A stretch of 40,364 nt of DNA from a virus. Taxonomy: Duplodnaviria > Heunggongvirae > Uroviricota > Caudoviricetes. Both the position numbers and the translations under genes were made by a program. Location of the stretch: positions 1 through 40,364 of the IMG/VR virus record IMGVR_UViG_2563366860_000007; one strand, 5' to 3'. Shown one piece after another: positions 35,771-40,364 of the stretch (its first letter is position 1; every line of letters begins with the position of its first letter). The notes beneath the pieces are model-generated. The model was given only the letters and a program-made list of their open reading frames with translations, was not told where the DNA came from and made no database searches.

Positions 35771-36123
35771 ATGTTTTCGAAATGGAAGGGTTTCTTCGCG
35801 GGAAATGTGTACCACGAGATCTGAAAGTGAATGAAACAAATGCTGAGTACCTGGTACGTAAATTCGATGCGCTTGAAGCTAAATGTGCGGCACTGGAAAA
35901 CAAAATAATACCAGTGTCAGCTGAACTGCCGCCAGCAAATGAAAGTGTTCTGTTATTTGATGCTAACGGAGAAGGCTGGCTAATTGGCTGGCGTTCTCTC
36001 TGGTACACCTGGGGACAAAAAGAAACCGGAGAATGGCTGTGGACATTTCAGGTCGGGGACCTTGAAAACGTCAATATCACTCACTGGGCAGTAATGCCGA
36101 AAGCACCGAAGAATAAAAAATGA
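35761..36123 (+). CDS. DUF551 protein (YfdS-like)
   Basis: 120 aa; C-terminal W-rich motif (GWLIGWRSLWYTWGQ...THWAVMPKAP) characteristic of DUF551. Confidence 0.6.
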   Translation: MRMNVFEMEGFLRGKCVPRDLKVNETNAEYLVRKFDALEAKCAALENKIIPVSAELPPANESVLLFDANGEGWLIGWRSLWYTWGQKETGEWLWTFQVGDLENVNITHWAVMPKAPKNKK

Positions 36124-36323
36124 GCGTGATAAAAACTCATACAGGAATTGTTATCACCCGAGACGGTCCGCAGGTAAAAAAACTGCACCAGACAAAGCGG
36201 ATGTGGGTCGTCGGAAAAAACGAGTTTTACCACAAAGAAACCGGACGCCGCCACTTTGCAGAAAATACTCGCCGCCGACTGCTGATCGATACCATCAAGC
36301 CTATCGAGGTGAAGCATGTTTAA
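36120..36323 (+). CDS. Hypothetical protein (67 aa)
   Basis: Start overlaps the upstream stop; basic small protein; no family recognised. Confidence 0.4.
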   Translation: MSVIKTHTGIVITRDGPQVKKLHQTKRMWVVGKNEFYHKETGRRHFAENTRRRLLIDTIKPIEVKHV

Positions 36324-36555
36324 ACAGAACGAAAAATCTATCGCTCAAATTGCTGAGTATATCCCGCGTGCGTGCCGGGATATGCAGTTGCAGGAAGCCA
36401 AAGCACGCCTGGAGAAAAAAATTGCGCTCTATATCGATGACGGCTGTGATGCCGCCGTTCTTAACGCGGCGTTCGCGCCAGCTCTTAACAGTCATACGCG
36501 AAAGTCTTTTTTTTCGTGCATCGCAGCGCAGATCCGTAAAGGAGGCAACCAGTGA
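36316..36555 (+). CDS. Hypothetical protein (79 aa)
   Basis: Translationally coupled with both neighbours (overlapping start and stop). Confidence 0.4.
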   Translation: MFKQNEKSIAQIAEYIPRACRDMQLQEAKARLEKKIALYIDDGCDAAVLNAAFAPALNSHTRKSFFSCIAAQIRKGGNQ

Positions 36556-37151
36556 GCAACATTAACTATCAGGTACTGCGTGAAAAGGCAGAGAAAGCAA
36601 CTAAAGGAAGCTACATCGTAGGGCATACATCTGTTAACCAACACGGCAATTTAACAGGAGTTTTTGTTTGTCAAAAATGGAAAGGAGAACCCGGTGGCGT
36701 AATTGCAGAATGTCACGTTAACTGCCTGGTTGAAACAGATGCTCAGGCTTATGCAAACGCTGAATTCATAGCAGAGGCTAACCCGGCTACCGTGCTGGCA
36801 CTGCTGGATGAACAGGAAAGAAACCAGCAATACATCAAACGCCGCGACCAGGAGAACGAGGATATTGCGCTAACGGTAGGGAAGCTGCGCGTTGAGCTTG
36901 AGGAGACAAAATCAAAACTCAACGAGCAGCGCGAGTATTACGAGGGAGTTATCTCTGATGGGTGCAAGCGTATTGCTGAACTGGAAGCGCGGGAAGTTCA
37001 ATTACCGACTCGCTACGACCTTCGATATGGACACCCGATAAATGCAGATGAGCGACATGTCATGATACCTAAAGAAAATGGCAGTTGGCTTTACCTGATT
37101 GACCTAGAACACGCATTACGCGTCGCTGGCATTCGCATCAAAGGAGAGTGA
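36552..37151 (+). CDS. Ead/Ea22-like protein
   Basis: 199 aa; N-terminus MSNINYQVLREKAEKATKGSY... and central coiled coil resemble recalled Ea22-family proteins of lambdoid early-left regions. Confidence 0.55.
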   Translation: MSNINYQVLREKAEKATKGSYIVGHTSVNQHGNLTGVFVCQKWKGEPGGVIAECHVNCLVETDAQAYANAEFIAEANPATVLALLDEQERNQQYIKRRDQENEDIALTVGKLRVELEETKSKLNEQREYYEGVISDGCKRIAELEAREVQLPTRYDLRYGHPINADERHVMIPKENGSWLYLIDLEHALRVAGIRIKGE

Positions 37152-37152
37152 G

Positions 37153-37344
37153 ATGGACGGACAAATATCAATTGTTCGACCGGGAGCATGTGACGATCGC
37201 GAGATACGAATGATTATTCGTCTGGCGAGGGGGAAAACAATAACTGCTCTCATTACTCCAGAAAATCTCGCATTATCATTAACAGGAAAGTCAGACCTGC
37301 CAGTAGAGCTAAAGCTGCGAAATGTTGAGATTAAGGTGAAATAG
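37153..37344 (+). CDS. Hypothetical protein (63 aa)
   Basis: Small ORF tightly packed between neighbours. Confidence 0.4.
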   Translation: MDGQISIVRPGACDDREIRMIIRLARGKTITALITPENLALSLTGKSDLPVELKLRNVEIKVK

Positions 37345-37346
37345 CT

Positions 37347-38273
37347 ATGACCACTATTACCAAAGAACGTATCGAATTATTCATTAAAAATCCGCTTGAT
37401 AACGGACTTACCCGTGGCGAACAAATGGAACTGGCACGAATTGCTCTGGCATCGCTGGAAGCAGAGCCGATAGGTTTCCGTTGCAGGCGCAATGATAACC
37501 TTGGTGATTGGAGTTACGTATATCATCGAGAGCCAGATGATTTTGAGCGCAAACATTTAGTGATAGAGGGCATTTACGCCGCCCCTCCAGCACCGGTAGT
37601 GCCTGAAGAAGCAACTCCGGAAAACGTAGAAATGCTCTCTGGCTATGTTTCAACGTACAAATTAACCGATAGCGAGCGCGATATTGCTGCCGAAATATGG
37701 AACGCCTGCCGCGCCGCCATGCTTCAGTCCGGAAACTTTCGGGAAAACAAGAATTCGTCAACCAATAATTTTCGGGAAATCGCGGAAACGTCAACCAACT
37801 ATCCGGCAATTCCTAGTGAGGTGTTGTCCGCAATCCTGAAGGTTGCCAGGATTCGTGCCGATTTCGATGATTTTGACGGTGACAGGCGAGGTATCGGTGA
37901 TTGTCTGGATGAGGCTGAGCAAGAGCTTATCGTTACCATTAACAAATATGCCAGTCAGTTGGCAGCAGAACCTATAGCGCCTAATGACGTTCGAGAGCAG
38001 ACAGCCATTCCACAAGTTCCGGTAACTCCGGATGGTTGGATAAGCTGTAGTGAGCGAATGCCAGAAATGGGAGAGCGACAATGCTATGTGTTAGCTGCTG
38101 ACTTTAAAAACAACTACCCACCAAGCATCCCCAACACTCAGGTCGGCGTATATGGCGACTGGTTTAATGATGGCAAGCCCACTTGGGATGACGGTGGTGG
38201 CGAAGACCTGTATCTCAAGGAGGTAACCCACTGGATGCCGCTGCCAGAACCGCCGCAGGAGGTGAATCAATGA
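37347..38273 (+). CDS. Hypothetical protein with C-terminal DUF551-like domain
   Basis: 308 aa; C-terminus DGWISCSERMPE...GVYGDWF...THWMPLPEPP parallels the YfdS-like W-rich motif. Confidence 0.55.
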   Translation: MTTITKERIELFIKNPLDNGLTRGEQMELARIALASLEAEPIGFRCRRNDNLGDWSYVYHREPDDFERKHLVIEGIYAAPPAPVVPEEATPENVEMLSGYVSTYKLTDSERDIAAEIWNACRAAMLQSGNFRENKNSSTNNFREIAETSTNYPAIPSEVLSAILKVARIRADFDDFDGDRRGIGDCLDEAEQELIVTINKYASQLAAEPIAPNDVREQTAIPQVPVTPDGWISCSERMPEMGERQCYVLAADFKNNYPPSIPNTQVGVYGDWFNDGKPTWDDGGGEDLYLKEVTHWMPLPEPPQEVNQ

Positions 38274-38353
38274 GCTGGCGTGATGCAATCGTAACTCTGG
38301 GGGTGGTATTCGCAGCAGCGTTTGTTGTGTTCTCGATTTGTCGATGGGGATAA
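38270..38353 (+). CDS. Possible 27-aa hydrophobic peptide
   Basis: ATG overlaps the upstream stop (ATGA) with AGGAGGTG 7 nt upstream; translation MSWRDAIVTLGVVFAAAFVVFSICRWG; too short for the ORF track. Confidence 0.4.
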   Translation: MSWRDAIVTLGVVFAAAFVVFSICRWG

Positions 38354-38357
38354 CCAC

Positions 38358-38600
38358 ATGTTCGCTTTGATTCAACGCAGTCAGATATACACGGACAGAG
38401 CCGGATACCCCGTGGTGATTACTCGCATCACTGAGCACTCAGTGTTCTTTCGACGGATGGACGGACGATCCGGGCGGGTACGCATTGGTGAGTTAAACTG
38501 CCTGTTCGAACATATTGACCACCAGGAGTACCGCAAAATTCTGGCAGAAACAGAGCAGGAAGCTCATCTGAAAAAATTACGGGCCATGAAAAGGAAGTAA
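38358..38600 (+). CDS. Hypothetical protein (80 aa)
   Basis: ATG at 38358 (MFALIQRSQIYTDRAGYPVVITR...) preceded by GGGGA; the longer track start is less likely. Confidence 0.45.
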   Translation: MFALIQRSQIYTDRAGYPVVITRITEHSVFFRRMDGRSGRVRIGELNCLFEHIDHQEYRKILAETEQEAHLKKLRAMKRK

Positions 38601-38603
38601 AGA

Positions 38604-38750
38604 ATGAATAAAGCATTTGAACGATGGGGCCACCAGCGTTACGGCAATCGCTATGACCTGACACGAGATGTTGACGGTTTCTACTGTCGTGAAATTGTGA
38701 AACGAATGTTTGAAGTGTGGTGCCACTGCCGTGGGCTGAGTGTTGTGTGA
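38604..38750 (+). CDS. Possible small protein (48 aa)
   Basis: ATG at 38604 preceded by AAGGAAG; translation MNKAFERWGHQRYGNRYDLTRDVDGFYCREIVKRMFEVWCHCRGLSVV. Confidence 0.4.
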   Translation: MNKAFERWGHQRYGNRYDLTRDVDGFYCREIVKRMFEVWCHCRGLSVV

Positions 38751-38758
38751 GGTAATGC

Positions 38759-38995
38759 ATGGGCAATGTGATTCAACTGGCTCCCAATGAATGGGTTTGT
38801 GAAAGCGTTCTAATCGCAATTACCGGGCTCAAACCAGGCACAATTCTTCGGGCCCGGAAAGAATGCTGGATGGTTGGAAGAGAGTATATTCACGTATCAC
38901 CAGACGGTAATCCAAAGCCTTCCAGTGAATGTATGTATAACAGAAAAGCAATAGATGCCTGGGTCGCTTCAATGAAAAACAAACAACCTGGGTGA
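38759..38995 (+). CDS. xis: Excisionase-like protein (Xis)
   Basis: 78 aa immediately upstream of int; EWVCESVLIAITGLKPGTILRARKECWMVGREYIHVSPDG resembles recalled excisionase-like proteins of E. coli prophages; GAGGT upstream. Confidence 0.6.
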   Translation: MGNVIQLAPNEWVCESVLIAITGLKPGTILRARKECWMVGREYIHVSPDGNPKPSSECMYNRKAIDAWVASMKNKQPG

Positions 38996-39050
38996 TTTAA
39001 TGCCATGAAGTATGTAAGCTCGTATCGCTCTTGGGCGTCTGGAGGTATCA

Positions 39051-40364
39051 ATGGATAAAGTCAAATATCCAACAGGCGTCGAAAACCACGGCGGCACATT
39101 ACGCATCTGGTTTAATTTTAAAGGTAAACGTGTCAGGGAAAATCTTGGTGTCCCTGACACTGCCAAGAACAGGAAGATCGCCGGGGAACTGCGGACATCG
39201 GTATGTTTTGCCATCCGCACAGGAAGCTTTGATTATGCCGCACAGTTCCCTGACTCCCCCAACCTTCAGGCTTTTGGGGTAAGTAAAAAAGAAATTACGG
39301 TGAAGGAACTTGAAGAAAAGTGGCTGGATCTGAAACGAATGGAAATCTCTGCAAATGCATTCAATCGCTATGAATCCGTTGCAAGAACGATGGTTCCGAA
39401 AATTGGAGGCAGCAGACTGGTGTCATCGGTAACCAAAGAGGAATTGCTGTATATCAGGAAAGATTTACTGACCGGGTATCAGAATTCAACGAAAAACAAA
39501 GCAGCAGCAAAAGGACGGAGCGTCGTTACTGTAAATTATTACATGACAACTATCGCTGGAATGTTTCAGTTTGCTGCAGATCACGGTTACTTAGAAGCAA
39601 ATCCCTTCCAGGGAATTAAGCCTCTTAAAAGAGCCAGGGCAGAGCCAGATCCGCTAACTCGTGACGAATTTATTCGCCTGATAGATGCTTGCCGACATCA
39701 GCAGACGAAAAACCTGTGGTCATTGGCTGTGTACACAGGAATGCGTCACGGTGAACTGGTCTCCCTGGCCTGGGAAGATATCGATCTGAAAGCAGGAACT
39801 ATTACTATCAGGCGCAATTATACGAAACTCAGTGAGTTCACTCTACCTAAAACTGAAGCAAGTACAAACAGGGTTGTGCATCTTATCCAGCCCGCTATCA
39901 GTGTCCTGAAAAATCAGGCTGAAATGACAAGACTGGGTAAGCAGCACCACATCAAGGTTCAACTACGTGAATATGGGCGCTCAGTGAATCATGAATGTAC
40001 TTTCGTATTTAACCCCCAGGTGGTTAGAAAAAGCAAACAGGTCGGTTTTATCTACAAGGTAGATTCTATTGGCGACTCATGGGAAACAGCCGTTAAGCGT
40101 GCGGGCATCAGGCACCGGAAAGCATACCAGTCACGACACACTTATGCGTGCTGGTCATTATCTGCCGGAGCAAACCCAAGCTTCATTGCCAGCCAGATGG
40201 GCCATGCAAGTGCCCAGATGGTATTCAATGTATACGGAGCATGGATGACTGACAGTAATGCAGAACAGATCGCAATGCTGAATCAGAAGCTGGCAGATTA
40301 TGTCCCAATGATGTCCCATGGTCACCAAAGTGACACAAGAGACTTATTAAAATCAGTAGGTTAG
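39051..40364 (+). CDS. int: Tyrosine site-specific integrase
   Basis: 437 aa with arm-binding-type N-terminus and catalytic region (conserved Arg, HxxR in RHTYACW, C-terminal Tyr region); stop codon at the window edge, so attL lies outside. Confidence 0.9.
   Translation: MDKVKYPTGVENHGGTLRIWFNFKGKRVRENLGVPDTAKNRKIAGELRTSVCFAIRTGSFDYAAQFPDSPNLQAFGVSKKEITVKELEEKWLDLKRMEISANAFNRYESVARTMVPKIGGSRLVSSVTKEELLYIRKDLLTGYQNSTKNKAAAKGRSVVTVNYYMTTIAGMFQFAADHGYLEANPFQGIKPLKRARAEPDPLTRDEFIRLIDACRHQQTKNLWSLAVYTGMRHGELVSLAWEDIDLKAGTITIRRNYTKLSEFTLPKTEASTNRVVHLIQPAISVLKNQAEMTRLGKQHHIKVQLREYGRSVNHECTFVFNPQVVRKSKQVGFIYKVDSIGDSWETAVKRAGIRHRKAYQSRHTYACWSLSAGANPSFIASQMGHASAQMVFNVYGAWMTDSNAEQIAMLNQKLADYVPMMSHGHQSDTRDLLKSVG

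Noticed and set aside
39031-39282. 83-aa plus-strand ORF
   Set aside because: Overlaps the 5' end of the integrase in another frame.

Overview
The whole 40.4 kb window is the interior of a lambdoid prophage of an enterobacterial (E. coli/Shigella-type) host, with no host flank or att site visible. All calls come from reading the supplied ORF translations and the DNA by eye and from recalled protein-family knowledge; no database search or gene-finding software was run, so family names are recollection-based and boundaries are approximate. The ORF track uses GTG/TTG as well as ATG starts, so several starts were re-picked by hand. Gene order, low to high coordinate: DinI-like gene (+), then on the minus strand a small membrane ORF, a 92-aa ORF, side tail fibre (stf-like), lom, J, I, K, L, M, tape measure H, G/GT frameshift chaperone, major tail protein V, tail-completion genes, an HK97-type head module (connector, adaptor, major capsid, prohead protease, portal, large and small terminase, HNH endonuclease), a lysis cassette (Rz/Rz1, SAR-type lysozyme, DUF1327-like, phage-21-type pinholin), three tRNA genes (Ile2-like CAU, Arg UCG, Arg UCU), a methyltransferase remnant, tR'/pR', antiterminator Q, DUF968 protein, KilA-N protein, RusA, LexA-DBD-like protein, phage Dam methylase, an O-like replication initiator with internal iterons, a CII/YdaT-like gene and a Cro/YdaS-like gene. 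The CI repressor is on the plus strand, followed by an AT-rich SieB-like membrane gene on the opposite strand, then a plus-strand early-left cluster (YfdP/Q/R/S-like genes including an HD-domain deoxynucleotidase, Ea22-like, DUF551 proteins, excisionase) and a complete tyrosine integrase ending at the window edge. No CRISPR array, toxin genes or recognisable multi-gene defence system were found. The best candidates for something new are the SieB-like moron with its unresolved pL/nut architecture, the empty cargo slot between the tRNAs and the holin, the replication module without a helicase loader, and the YfdPQRS-like early-left module.
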